Part shown: in pieces, positions 9,928-24,900 of the stretch
How positions within the stretch are numbered: position 1 is the first letter of the stretch
Layout of the letters: each line of letters begins with the position of its first letter
Assembly (NCBI RefSeq): GCF_001194135.2
Contig: NC_068981.1
Location: 52,428,796 to 52,492,795, forward strand
DNA: 64,000 bases
Source: Octopus bimaculoides
Taxonomy: Eukaryota
Direction of reading: 5' to 3'
Program-made: the position numbers and the translations under genes
The notes under the pieces: model-generated
What the model saw: only the letters and a program-made list of their open reading frames with translations
Databases searched by the model: none
What the model was told of the DNA's origin: nothing

Positions 9928-12900
9928 CTGAATATGCAATGATAGTAATTACAAAAGTTGTCAGGTAATATAATGATGTGGATAAAACAAATAAACTGAA
10001 ATCTTGAATATGGAAAAAATATTTAGAAATTACTGAAAAACTTAATATGAATAGGTAGTATTGTTCATCTTCAGGTTCAACTTATCACACAGGAGAAGTT
10101 GATCAAACAGCTAGGTACAATCCACAAATCCCATTTCATATGCCAGGGCGTTGCCTCATGAAAGAACATATTGTGCACCCCATTATATGTGCATATTTGG
10201 GGCAGTTATCTTAATTACTGTTGCCACTGTACAGCCTGTTTTTGTATGAAAGTAGGTTCAGTTGGTGGCCACAGTTGGGACAGAGGAATTGCGTTTTGGT
10301 TGAAATGTGACAGTTGTTATTAATCCAGTGTGGTGGTGTTATGTATCCCCAGGTCGACCCTGATTTTGCAGTCCTGTGGCACATACGTTGTGAACTGACA
10401 GATGAGACATGGCACAAATATACCTTCCTTATTATATCATGCCTTTATATATCTGTATGGGATGCAGTATGGCCGTCTGAACATATTGCACTCTCTTTTC
10501 ACTGTCCAGCTTCTGTAAGTAACCACAATGAACTCGATCAAAATGTGATAGTTCCTCTGCACTGATATTGAACATCTTTGCAGAGTTTGGAGCTAATAAG
10601 GCTATTGATATACAACTTATTATGGGGTGAAGTGTGTTGTTTTATGTCCTTTGTAGCTTGTTAAGGTGATGTTGAGGGAGGTGGTGTTCCAAGCAGGAGT
10701 GGTAATATTTTATCTAAACAGATTATTCATATATTAGTGATGCTGTTTCTTTGTGTTGACTTTATGTTGGTACCTGTGAATGGTTTAATCCTTTTGATAT
10801 CAACCTGCCCAAAACCTCCCTGGTTCTATGAAAGAAACGACACAAGCATCCTCCACTGGATGTATAATGTTAGTATGTATGAACAACAGAGCACAAACAG
10901 AGAAAAATGATATAAGACGATCAGCGATAATGTGCTAGAGAGGTACATGATATATATGTTGGTTACATAAAGATGTGTCAAGTGGTTGAAACAGATGGAA
11001 CCAGTAGAACGGGAAAATCTTAGAACTCACAGGATGATGTAGTGAAGGGTAATCTAAGAAGCTCAACCTCAAAAATGAGATGATAAAGAATTGTAACTAG
11101 TGGTGACACATAGTTGTGGAAAGATCTATCCACCTGAATAACCATAGCAAAATAGATATTGAAATAGTGATAATGATGGATGTTGAGATGTATTATATCA
11201 TCATTTGGGTTTCTTGCATATTATGTTCCTGTTAAGCCTTTATTTACAACCATCTCTACTTCTTTCTATCAATCACCAATCATTCTCTTACGCCACCTGT
11301 ATAGCACGGCATGGCACTGGATCCATCCTTATTCAAAGCCCAGACCATTATGCTTTATAACTACATTTCTCCATCAGGTCACCTGTATTATAAGTGATCA
11401 CATCAAATTAATATATATTCAATCTTCCTACAGTCACTCTACTCAGTGGTTATCCATTATTCTTTCTCTCAAAAGTCAAAATACTTGTTAGGGTAAAGAT
11501 TATGAGAAATCTGTCAACCAATGCCACAATATGATTGTTAGTGTATTCAACTAAGAGAACCTAATCATAGATTGAATGAATGGAAAGAAATTCTAGACCT
11601 AGAGGAAAACAATGATAACATTGGTGAAAGAGTTTTAAAATTGTAATTAAATACACCTTGTTAACAATTTTCAGATATATAAAATTTATTAACCCTTACC
11701 TGTTCTTCAAAATTGCTATGAAAAGAATTGTTTGGAAGAATTGGGTTTAAAGGTCCTTTGTCTCCAACCACAGGAGCTGAGAAGACTAGACGACGAAATT
11801 CATTATGACGATAAAGCAAGTCCTGGAGTTGAAGTTTCAGTTTCTTGTGTTCTTCGGGTGAAACCCAGTTTCTACAGGATGACCATGAAATTAATATGCG
11901 TTAATTTAGAACACTAAGATAGCACTTTTATATAAAATGGACTCTGTTAAACAGCAAATTTACTTCTCAATTTTTGCTATGGAAATACTTTCTTACACTG
12001 AGGAATTATATCTTACTGCAATACCTTTTTACAGCCATTGAGAGTTGTAATCACATAAATTCAAAATTGTTTCAATTATTTCAGTTATTATTGTTTGATT
12101 GACTGGTGTAGCAGCATCATAGTCAACTGCTACAAAGGTAGAAACCAACTAATTAGGGAGAGAGTCAGTTTAGACAAGAAGCAGTTTGGGTTTGTGCCAA
12201 GGAAAAGTACCACTGATGCTATATTTCTGGCAAGAGAAATACCTAGCCAAAAATAAGCCTCTGTACCTGGCTTTCATTGACATGGAGAAAGCCTTTGACA
12301 GGGTCCCCCGATCTCTTATCTGGTGGTCAATGCAGAAACTAAGGATACATGAGTGGTTAGTAAGAGCTGTACAAGCCATGTACAGGAATGCAACAAATAT
12401 AGTGAAGAGTTCCGGGTAGGGGTCCACTAAGGATCAATCCTTGGCCCCCCCCCTCTTATTCATCATAGTCCTCCAAGCAATAACAGAGGAATTAGGATGC
12501 CCCTGGGAGCTTCTCTATGCTGAAGACCTTGCTCTAATACCTGAGTCACTATTAGAACTAGGAGAGAAGTTTCAGATGTGGAAGCAAGGTCTAGAATCAA
12601 AGGGCCTTAGAGCCAATCTAGCAAAAACCAAAATCTTAAAAAGTAGGAAGGCAGATAAATCACAAATCCCTTCAGGTAGATGGCCCTGCTCAATCTGTAG
12701 AAAAGACGTAGGTAGAAACTCCATAAGATGTACCCAGTGTAAGCTATGGACACACAAGAGGTGCAGCAATATCAAAGGAAGGCTAACTGGGAAGATAGTT
12801 TTTGTGTATGGCAAATGCTCAGGAGCAATAAACACTGAAAATGTACAGAAAACAGATTCTGTCACATTCCAGGGGGAAAAACTAGAAGTAGTTGATAGCT

Positions 12901-15900
12901 TCTGCTACCTAGGTGACCAAGTCAGTAGCGGGGATGGATGCTCTGAGAGTGTAGCTACTAGAATAAGAATAGCCTGGGCAAAGTTCAGAGAGCTCCTACA
13001 TCCTACAAAGGGCCTCTTGCTCAGAGTAAAAGGTAGACTGTATGACGCAGCAAACATCTGTGACTGCTGAAGACATGCGAAAGCTTGCAAGAAACGAAGC
13101 TAGTATGCTCCGCTAGATGTGTAATGTCAGTGTGCATACATGACAGAGTGTAAGCACCCTGAGAGAAAAGTTGGACATACGAAGCGTCAGATGTGGTGTG
13201 CAAGAGAGACGACTGCACTGGTATGGTCATGTATTGCATATGGATGAGAGCAGCTGTGTGAAAAAGTGTCACACCCTAGCAGTAGAGAGAACTTATGGAA
13301 GAGGCAGACCCAGGAAGACCTAGGATGAAGTGGTGAAGCATGACCTTTGAACGTTGGGCCTCATGGAGATGATGACAAGTGACCTAGACCTTTGGAGATA
13401 TGCTGTTCTTGAGGAGACCCAGCAATTTAAGTGAGACAGTAACTGTGGCCTATGCCAGTGCAGCATAACTGGCCCATTTAAGAGTACCCTTCAATCACTG
13501 GGCAATAAATAGTGCTTGCAAAGACCTGTTGAGTCAAATGAAGTCATTATCGTGGCCGACGCCAGTACCGCCTGACTGGCACCTGTGCCAGTGGCACGTA
13601 AAAAGCACCATTGGAGCATGGTCGATGCCAGTGCTACCTGACTGGTCCTGTGCCGGTGACACATAAAAAGCACCATTCAAACATGGTTGATGCCAGTACT
13701 GCCAGACTGGCCCTTGTGCTGGTGGCATGCAAAAAACACCCACTACACTCTTGGAGTGGTTGGCATTAGGAAGGGGATCCAGCTGTAGAAACTTTGCAAA
13801 ATCAGATTGGAGCCTGGTATAGCCTTCTGGCTTGCGAGTCCTCAGTCAAACTGTCTAACCCATGCCAGCATGGAAAGTGGACGTTAAACAACAATGATGA
13901 TGATTATACAAACAGAATATGCTAAAGAAAGCTTAAGGAAAAACTACTAAAACAAATTTTCTTTGTTAAGGAATCTTAAAGTACAGGCATGGCTTTATGT
14001 TAAGAATTTCACTTTGGAACCAATTTGACATCACTATGCAGCACTTTGGGAAAATTTTAGAGTGTGAGTGTGTCATGTGAGTGAAATTTGGTAGACAGAA
14101 ATTCTGTTGAATCTGACACACACACACATATATATATATATATTGGGTTGGCAAGAAAGTAATTTCGATTTTTTAGTGTGAAATAAAGTCATTTTTTTTT
14201 TCATACAAAGAATGAACTTCAGTGGATTACATATTTCCCATTTTGTTCGATGACCTTTTGCCATCTTTCTGGCAACTTCATGATTCTGCGCACATAGAAC
14301 TTCTGGTTATTAGCCAAAAACTGAAGCAAGTGCTATTTCAGGTCATCATCATTATTGAAAGTTTTTACCATTCAAAGAATTGTGCAAACTTTGAAATAAA
14401 TGGTAACCTGATGGTACAAGGTCAGGGCTATATGGTGGATGTGACATCACTTCCCAATGAAGCTCCAATAATTTTTTACAAGTTAGCAAAGATGTGTATG
14501 GTCTAGTGTTGTCATGATGGAATATGATTCCTTTATGATTTGCCAATTCTGGCCATTTTTCTTTGATTGCTCCATCCAATTTCATTAGTTGTTGACAGTA
14601 AACATCTGAATTGATCATTTGGTTCCTTTGAAGCAGCTCAAAATACAAAACACCTTTGTAATCCCACCAAATTGACAGCACAATCTTTTTTTTTTATGCA
14701 ATTTAGCTTTTGATGTGGTTTGTGCTGGTTCATTATGCTTGAACCATGATCATTTTCGATTGATGTTATTGTAGACAATCCATTTTTCATCACCAGTGAT
14801 GATTTGGTTAAAAAGAAGGTCAATTTCATTGCATTTGATATGCATATCGCAAATATTGATTTGTTGTGTTAAGTGAATCTCTTTCAATTTATCTGGAACC
14901 CAAATACCAAGCTCCTTAATAAGTCCAAGACATTTTAAGTGATTTTTCAATTGTTGTATGTGATACATTTAACCTCTCTGCAATCTCTCACACAGTTATA
15001 TGACAATCAGATTCAATTATGGCTTTGATTTGGTCATCATCAACTTCAGTAGGTTGACCAGAACGTTGGTCATCTTTGAGTGAAAAATTTCCAGAATAGA
15101 ATTTTTTAAAACCATGTGTGTTCTGTTAAGCACTCAACACCATAAACTTCACATATCTATTTTATGAACCTCAGCAGCTTTCTTGCCTTTAGGGAAATAA
15201 AGAAGTAAAATATGGCAAAAATGTTCGTTTTTGCACTCAATGTTAAAATTGAAACTGAACTGACAGCTGTAAACAAAATTATGCACAATTTGTTTCTAAA
15301 GTAAGCTAAAAGTAACAGCTATCAAATGTCAGGAAAAAATCTTACCATTGACAAAACCATTCAAAAAAATTGTAACTATCTATTTGTGAAAAACGAAATT
15401 ACTTTCTTGCCAACCCAACATATATACAGGTGTAAATCAGTTATTGATCAAAAAACATTTTGTATTTAAGTATCAAGTTGTGACCCATCTATTCAATAAA
15501 TAGTGATATAATCAATTTAAAACCATCAAAGTTAGTGCCCCAGTTTGGTCACAATCCAAAGATTGGAACAAGTAAAGGAATAAAAGAATCTCTCCTAGAC
15601 TGTCTTATATAGGAATATGCATCTTTTAAACTTAAAATTAATGAAAATGTTACTTACTCAAAGATTTTGCACATGGCATCCAATTCTTCAATTTTGACAC
15701 TCTTTAATTCAAGCTTTTTCTTCAATGTCTGAATTGCTAGCAGGCTTTTCTTCTTATACTAAACATCCATACAATAATGAAAAAAATAGATATCAAAATA
15801 ACTCTTAAGTTACTAGTATAGAACAATTGTCAAGTCAAGATTGTGTCAGTAGGATTTCACCAAAAAATATCATAGCAAAAGAATGACAAATGATAACTTG

Positions 15901-18900
15901 GACTAAATTGATTGCTTCTAAAACTTCTAAAAGCTTCTAAAACTAAATTTATCAGGTTTTTTTTAATACAAATTTAATATTAAATTGAAAGCTATATAAA
16001 AAAAACCTACAATAGTCATTATCATCATCATTTAATGTCTGTTTTCCATGCTGGCATGGCTTGGACAGTTTGACTGGGGTCTGGAGAGCCAGTGGCTACA
16101 CCAGGCTCCAATCTGATCTGGCAAAGTTTCTACAGCTGGATGCCCTTCCCAATGCCAACAACTCCGAGAGTGTAGTGGGTGCTTTTTACGTGCCACCAGT
16201 CAGGCGGGCCTGGCATCGATCACATTTGGATAGTGCTTTTTATGTGCCACTGGCACGGGAGCCAGTTATGGGGTACTGGCATCAGCCATGTTCGGATGGT
16301 GCTTTTTACATGCCACTGATACGGGAGCCAGTCAGGCAGCACTGGCATTGATCATGTTCGGATAGTGCTTTTTACATGCCACTGGTGTGGGAGCCAGTCA
16401 GGGGGCACTGGCCACAGCTACGATATTGGTTTTACTTGACTCAACAGGTCTTCTTAAGCATATCATATTGCCTGATGCATCAGGGGTACTCTTAACTGGG
16501 CTGGACATGCATGGCTACGATCTCACTTTTGTTGCCAGGTCTTCTCAATCACAGCATACCTCCAAAGGGCTCGGTCTCATGTCATTGCTTCTGTAAAGCC
16601 CAATGTTTGAAGGTAATACTTCACCACCTCATCTCCCGTATTCCTGGGTCTACCTCTTCTGCAGGTTCCTTCCACAGTTAGGGAGTGGCACTTCTTCACA
16701 GAACTGTCCTCAACTATATATAACACATGACCATACTAGTGCATTCATCTGTCTTGCACACCACATCTGATGTTTCACTGTCATGTAGCATGGCAGTTTG
16801 CACACATGCATCATACAGTCTATCTTTCATCCTGAGCGAGAGGCCCTTAGTTGCCAGTAGAGGTAGAAGCTCTCTGAACTTTGCCCAGGCTATTCTTATT
16901 CTAGCTACTACACTCTCAGTACAACCACCCCCACTACAGACTTGGTCGCCTAGGTAGCAGAAGCTATTAACTAGTTCTAGTTTCTCCCCCCTGGCATGTG
17001 ATGGAATCTGTTTTCTGAGCATCTTCAGTGTTTATTGCCCCTGTGCATCTGCCAACAAAATATAATTTAATAACAGTTCTATGTTTGAGTTTGGTATTTC
17101 AACCTTATTACTTTAGTAACTTAAGATATGGCACCACCTCTACAATTTTATACCTTAATTTTCTTAAGTTAATCAAAGGAGAAAGGACAGTACCTGGGCA
17201 AAATCTTTAGTAGGTTCTCCCAAACTTGTAAGACTGTTGTGAGTGATGTTCATTTTGAATGTTATTAGGCATGGACATGGCTGTGCAATTCAATTCACTT
17301 TGCAATCACTTTTTGGGGTTTCAAATTTCACAGAAATTATATGAAATCCTGTTGCTTCCACACACACACAAAATGAATAGATTTCAGATAGAATTTCAAA
17401 TCATGTGTTTTCAATTGTTTGTCCAACTGAACTACCAAACTTATGTAAGTGGCTGAGTATTCCAGAAACATGTATTCTTAACATGGATAGAAGCAGTGTG
17501 ACAGTGTAACACTGAATTATAGCCACAATCCATTCAATAGGCTTCCAAACAGTTTCCGTCAACCGATTTCACTCAAAAGGTATGGGTCAACCCAAGGATA
17601 CAGTAAAAGACATGTGTCACATGCAAGGGATTGAGTGCTGGGTTTTGTAAATGAGAAGCAAACTTTCTAATTTGGTGCAGGCATAGCAGTGTGGATTTAG
17701 AATTCACTTTATATCCACATTTTTGGTTCATACTATTGAAACAATTTTTATTATTTTTTTTCATAAGGTACAAGTATGGCTGCATAGGTTTAACCTTTTA
17801 GCATTTAAACCAGCCATATCAGGCCCATATATTCTACATGTTTTCTGCTTAAACTGGCCATGTCTGGCCTTTTTATACCTAACCTACAATGTCATTTTCA
17901 AAAATAAACAATCACATCAGTGAAATCTTAAAGTTATGAGATAATGCATGATTAATAGAAAAAAATATGAATTAAAAAATGTTACATTTGACTGAGTAAT
18001 ATAACATAGCCAGTCTTAAACTTCTCTGTGATGGTATGTAAGACTATAATGAATACAAGGTGACTAAGGATTAAACCTTGGTGGACTCCTACCTTCATAC
18101 TAAATTTGTCAATGAAATTGTTGTTCTCTTTTACTTATTGCATCTTTGTAGATAGCTTGCATAGCCTTCACAAGCCATTCATCTATAGCTAGTTACCTTA
18201 ATAACTACCAAGTTACTGGGCATGCTACCCTGTCAAATTCCTTCTTCACAACAGTGAATGCCAAGAACAGTGGTTTACTCTTGTTCTACTATAATTATGA
18301 ACAAACTGGTCTCTTCCAATCTTGCTCACATTCTTGATTACTCCCTCACTCTTCCTCTGACTGGAGCAACCATGTATCACCTCTACAGCAAGACACCTAT
18401 TTTTGTCCTTCTGTCACATTCTAACATCTCATCACCTGGCACAAGGCCACCTCCTCTAATACCTGCCCCGCAAAGAAGCTTTGTCTTGCAAGTTACTAGG
18501 TGATCTTGTCAGTACTGGTACCACATAAAAAGCATCCAGCTGTAAAAACTGTGCCAAAGCAGACCTTACCTGTGTTGGTGCCATGTAAAAAGCACCCAGA
18601 TCACTCTGTAAAGTGGTTGGCATTAGGGAGGGCATCCAGCCATAAAAATCATGCCAAAACAGACAATGAAATCTGGTGCAGTCTTCTGCCAAGCCAGCTC
18701 CTGTCAAATCGTTCAACTTATACCAGCATAGAAAATGGACATTGGATGATGATCATGATGATGCAATGAAAGATTGTTGTAGATAACATTTCAGATTCCA
18801 ATAAAAACAATCTTTTCAAACTTACTTTTTCATGAATACTGGCAGCTGCCGACAGTCTCTCAAAATTAATCTTACATTTTTTCTCAAGTTCTTCATTTCG

Positions 18901-21900
18901 TTTTTCTATACGTTCCAGATTTTCTTTCCACATATGCTTTTGCTTGTGTAGCTGTTCTTCAGTCTGTTGGTCATTCTTCTTTGTTGTTTCCTCAATACGC
19001 TTCACCTCAGATCGGTATTTTTCAACTGAACTCCGTAAACGCTGGCACTTGTCGGACATATTATGTTCTTCTAAATGTAAATGATTGATTTCAGCTTGCA
19101 AAGAATTTACTTGACTGCGCAGAGCCCGATTATCAGATCTTTCCTGCTCTAATTCCTCTTTCACAGAACGTTCATGATCTACTTTAGCCCTTAAAAAGAA
19201 AAAAATAGTAGTTGAAGAATTAAGAGAAATATAGTAAGAGACTCTAACATGTCACAAGATTACACTTCAGAAAAAAAAAATTCGAAATCAGACTTAAAAA
19301 GTACATAATCAATTGATTTAACACTCAATAATTGTAAAAATATTTACATGTGAATATATTTCCTATCAGTAACCACCCAGGTAAGTGTGTGTGCGTATCA
19401 TTGTTTTAATGTCGACTTTTCCATGATTGCAGGGGATGGATGGAGTTTTAGTGAGTCAGCTTTTCAGTGGCTGGATGCTTTTCCTGTCACTAACCCTCGT
19501 TTCCAAGCAAGGTATTATTTCCCATGGTCAGACATTTTCTTGCAGAATATTGGAAATCAATGCCACTGCTTGTATGACTGTGACAATCATTTTACAACTA
19601 TCATGCAATGTCAAGACAAGGAAGTATAAATATACTCACACTTAAACTTACATACATACATATGATGGGCTTCTTTCATCTTCCTCCATTTAAATCAACT
19701 CATAAGGCTTTGGACAGCCAGTAGCTATACTAAACACTTTGCCAAGGTACCTTGCAGGGGGACTGAACTCAAAATCATATGGTTGGAAAGCAAACTTCAT
19801 AACCACACAGCCACAAATTTTTGTCAAAATTAAACTGTGATTAAAGTTTGATTAAAATTTCAACATTTTACTAAATTTCAATGTGTTCAAATTTCAAATT
19901 CAATTTTTGAAATGTTTTTAATATGATATTTTACTATGAACAATTTCAGTTTCAGAAGGTGACTTACTTTTATCAATTTTGAAACAGAAAACTACCTGGG
20001 GCTCTCACCTAATTGCTTCTCAACTTGAAGACTATCAATAACAGTTTTGATTGATCAACATATTCTTTTAACTTCCTAACCAGCATTTTATTTTTAAAAC
20101 AAATGTTTGAATCGAATAACAGGGGAATCAATAATAAACAAGGAAGAATATAAGTGTTCAGCAAATGGAAAATATGAATCCTACTGAATATTATAAAATG
20201 GTTTCTTTTAGTAAATATATACAAATAATAAGAAATAAAACTTTAGATAGTTACTTTAGTATTAAAAGTTCTTTCTCAACAAGATTTTTGGAATCCGTAA
20301 CATCTTTTATCTTGTCTTCCAAACAATCTTTCTCAGCTTGCCATACATTAATTTGATCTGAATTTTGCCTTTGTAATTCTTGGAGCTGAGCTTCAAGTTC
20401 AAGCCTTTTTAAAGAAATCAAAGACAGAAAAGTTGATATGAAAAAAAAATGATAAAAAAAAAGTTATAAAACAAACAAGTTTAGGGTTGGCTACTTATCA
20501 GTTGGAACTTCAATGAAAGAATTATGTTTTAACAACAATAACTGATACACTTGTCAAATAGAAAAAAATATTTATCCCTTTAGCATTCAAATTACTCTGT
20601 CAAATGTAATGCTTATTTATTTACATTGTTTTGAATTAATCATGTATTATCACATAGCATCAAGATGATGATGTGATTATTTATGTTTAGAATGACATTG
20701 TAGGGTTGATGTGAGAGGCTGTATATGGCCAGTTTGAACATAAAACAGATAAACTATTTGGGCTTGATATGGCTGGTTTAAATGCTAAAGGGTTGTACTA
20801 ATATTCCAGGTCAGATAATAAATATAAAAATAATCTCACTTTTCATTTTCAACTTCATTCAGTTTCTGTATCTCTTTCTCTTTTGCAAGCTGAACTTGTC
20901 TAGTCATTTCTTTCTTTTTGTCCATTAAGTTTTGAGAATGTTGCCTATTTGCCTGTTCTGATACATCCAGCTGAACTTTTAAATCTGAAATAAAAAATGA
21001 TCAAAGAAAATAAAAGTTGTTTCACTTTGTATTTAGCTAGTGAAGTATTGTAGTTAATCTATTTAAAAATGTTGCAGTTTTTCTAAGCAGCCAAGTTAAG
21101 CATTTTTTTTTTTTTTTTTTAATAGTGCAACTTTCAAATTTAACCGAAATTCTAAAAAAAAGGAAAGGATTAGAAACTACATGACAGCAATGGCATCCTC
21201 CTCCTCCTCCTCCTCACTTTTTTTAGTATCTCCATTTCTATGTTTGTACAGGCTGGATGAAGTTTGCTTTGTGCAACCACACGATTTCAGATTCAGTCCC
21301 TTGGGCATGTCTTATATTATAGTCCTGGCTCAACCACTGCCTTGTGAGTGAATTTAATAAATGGAAATGAAAGGAAATTTGCTGTGTGTGTGTATGTGCA
21401 TGTGCATGTGCATGTATGTGGGCACATGAAAATATGCATGAATGTTCACATCCCACGGTTTTGCTTGAGTGAAACAATGAATGATAATTCCTTACTCCAG
21501 AGACATTGAGCATGCTTTGGCAAGCTTATGGCGATGAGGCAATGGGTCATACGCAATGTTTTGAGTGGCACCAGCACTTCAAAAGCAGAAGAACATCCCT
21601 GGAAGATGATGAGTGAATTGGAAGACCTGTCACGAGCATCACCCCCTGGAAATGTGGAAAAAATTCATCAGCTTATTTATAAGGATACTTGGAGGACAAT
21701 GAATGACACTGTTGATGTTGTCGGTCTGTTGTATGTGTCCATGCAAGCAATTGTAACGTCTGAATTGATCAGGCAGCATGTCTCTGCCAAATTTGTCCCC
21801 CACCTGCTGACCACTGATCAGAAAGGACATTATGTTGAAATCTGTCAAGATCTCTGTCAGCATGCTGCTGACGACCCATCCTTCATGTCGAGGATCATCA

Positions 21901-24900
21901 CCAGTGATGAGAGTTGGGTATATGGGCACGACCTGGACATGAAGCAGCAGTCATCACAATAGAAGAGCCCTTCATGTCCATGAAAAAGGCACAACAGAAC
22001 CACAGCTCAATCAAGAGTATGCTCATCGTTTTTTTTTTTCTTTTGACATCTGCAGTACTGTGCATTGAGAATTCATCCCCTAGGAACAGACCATCATTTG
22101 AGAGTTCTACTGCAATGTCTTGAAGCTTCAGAGGGAAGACATTCAGTGAAAGTGACTGGTTCTGTGGAGCACAAAGAATTGGATTCTTCACGATGACAAT
22201 GCACCCTGTCACTGAGCTCTCCTCACTTGTGAGTTTCTGACCAAAAGCAACAGGGTATCGCTTCTGCACCTGCCCTATTCGCCAGATTTAGCACCTGCAG
22301 ACTTCCTTCTCTTCCTAAGATGAAAAGGCAGCTCAAAGGCCATTGTTTTAACACTGTTGTCAAGATCCAGAGTGAGTTGCAAAAGGTGCTTGACCCACAT
22401 ACAGAAAATGACTTCCAGGCCAGATTCCAAAAGTGGCAGGAATGCTGAGACCAGTGTATTGCTATGCAAGGTGACTATTTCGAAGAAGATGATGTTAAAA
22501 CTTAGGTAAATAAGTTATTTTTTATTAAACATAACTAGTCTAGGAACTTTTTGGTACCACTTCGCGCGCGCGTGTGTGTGTGTGTGCACGTGTGCGTGTG
22601 TGTGTGTGTGGCTTATTTCATAATTTGAATAACAGTGGCCCTTTTCATAGCAGCAAAATGTCTTAAATATAACAAACTGAAGAATCATCAGGGGATTTAA
22701 TCCTGGTGTTTTTCACATTTTAACAAATCAAATAATTAAATATAAAAAAGACAATGCATTTATATTTTAAAAACTTTCTCAATTATATATTATCTCTAAT
22801 CTTTTCACTTATTTCAGTCATTGGACTGCAGCCATGCTGGGGCAGCACCTTGATGGGTTTAACCAAACAAATCAATGCCAGCACTTATATTTTTCTGAAG
22901 TCTGGCTCTTATTCTATTGGTCTTTTTCTTTTGCTGAACCGATAAGTTATGGGGACATAAACAAACCAACACTAGTTGTCAGGCACAGTGGAGTGGAGGG
23001 TGGAAACACACACACACACACACACGTATATATGACTAGCTTTCACATAGTTTCTGCCTACCAAATCCTCTCACAAGGCATTGGCTGGCCTGAGACTATA
23101 ATAGAACTTGCCCAAGTGGCCCTGAACCTAAAACCACATGGATGCAATGTAAGCTTCTTAAGCCATGATTTACATTTAAAAGTTAATGAAATAGAAATTT
23201 CACTGAGATACCTTCAATGGTGTTTTGTAATTTGTCACGTTCCCGTTGCACATCACCTATCTGTCGTGTTAAATCTAACTTAAGTTCACCCATTTCTAAC
23301 TTATGCTGCTGAATATGTTGTTCAAGCTTTGTCTTGAGGTTCATGTTGTCTTGTTCCAGTTCGTGTTTTTGGTTTGACACCTTTGTCTGTTGGATCTCAC
23401 ATTCATACATTTCCTCATGGAATTTCTGAATTTCCTTTGTTAGCATTTCTTTTTCAACCTAAAAGAAAAGAAAAATTAGCCTTGGACTAATTTTTTAAAA
23501 ATTTCTATGACTTGCTCCTTGGAAATGACCAAGAACCAGTGAAGACATCAAAAATAGAAATTTTATATTGAAGTGAGTTGAATATCCAACATGACATGAA
23601 CTAAATCACAACAATATTGATCAGTTTCAAATTATACTCTTCTTGGCCAAAAAGCAATATATAGCAGACATGTAAGAAAAAATAAACAAAATACATGAAA
23701 GTAATTCAATGCTAGTGTTACTGGTACTTATTTATTTTAGTTTGATGAAATCCTAAGTCAACAACAGTGGAATTTGAACTCAGAAGCAAGAAGGAAAATG
23801 AAAAGCTTTAGTACTCATGCTTTTCCAAAATAAGAGACATATTCCTGATTGAGAATCAGAAGTATGAAGTCGTTGGGATATGAAATTGTAACTTTACTCA
23901 GGTATACTTGAGTGAACCAATAACATATCCATAGTGGTGTTTTAATGTTGAGCCATCCCATATTTTGCTGTAAGATTTAGGACTTAAAATATGTTCACAT
24001 TTTGAAAACAGTAGAGAGTTTACAGGAGAGGGATAAGGTTATTACAATGAATAAGTAAAATGATTTTGTAGTTACTTCTGTGTTGTGAAAACTCAAAATT
24101 TTATTTAAAATGATAAAGTTCTTAGTGCTCACCATAGTGACTCTTTAGTATGAAGCCTTTCAAAACAGAAAAATAGAAATTCATGTTTCCTAGACGTCAT
24201 TAATATGAAACTCAAAATGAATGTGGCAATGGGAAAGGTATTGATCATAATGGCGATGATGGAAGGGTAGTGACGATGACAAGAGATGAAGAGGTTCAAA
24301 TGTTTTTGCTATCCCTCTGTTGCATTTACTATCACTAAAGAGCAAGTGAAAGCAATTCTTTTCAGCTCAATAACACTAACAAGCTTCTTGAAAGTAATAT
24401 CTGCTGACAAATGTCCTATTGCTAAAGTTTACAATGTTGAGTGAGAGTCTGGAGCTGCCACATTAATAGCAAAGTGGAGTACAAGTGAACGGAAGAGGCA
24501 ACTGAGTATTAAAGTCATTCATTAGCTGAAATATTTGCAAGAGTATTTGTGTTGATAATGGAACAAATTATCAACTAAGTTATGGCCATATCACAAGAGT
24601 AAGAAAAGTAGCGATATGCTGTAATGCAGACTCATATGAATAGGGAAACAAGATCACCATATATTTACATATATATTTAAATATACCAACTAACCAGAGG
24701 TAGTTTGGGTATCACTATAAAGCCAGTAATCTTAACCTTAGAGGGTGCATAGTGGAAGGCAAAAAAGTAGTTAGGACTCCCGAATTCACCATGATGTGAA
24801 TGATTATGATGATGATTGTGATCTAAGTAAGATAGCTTATTTTATTTAGTTAATAATCAAATAAAATTATCAGAATATAAATATTAGAATATTTAAAAAT

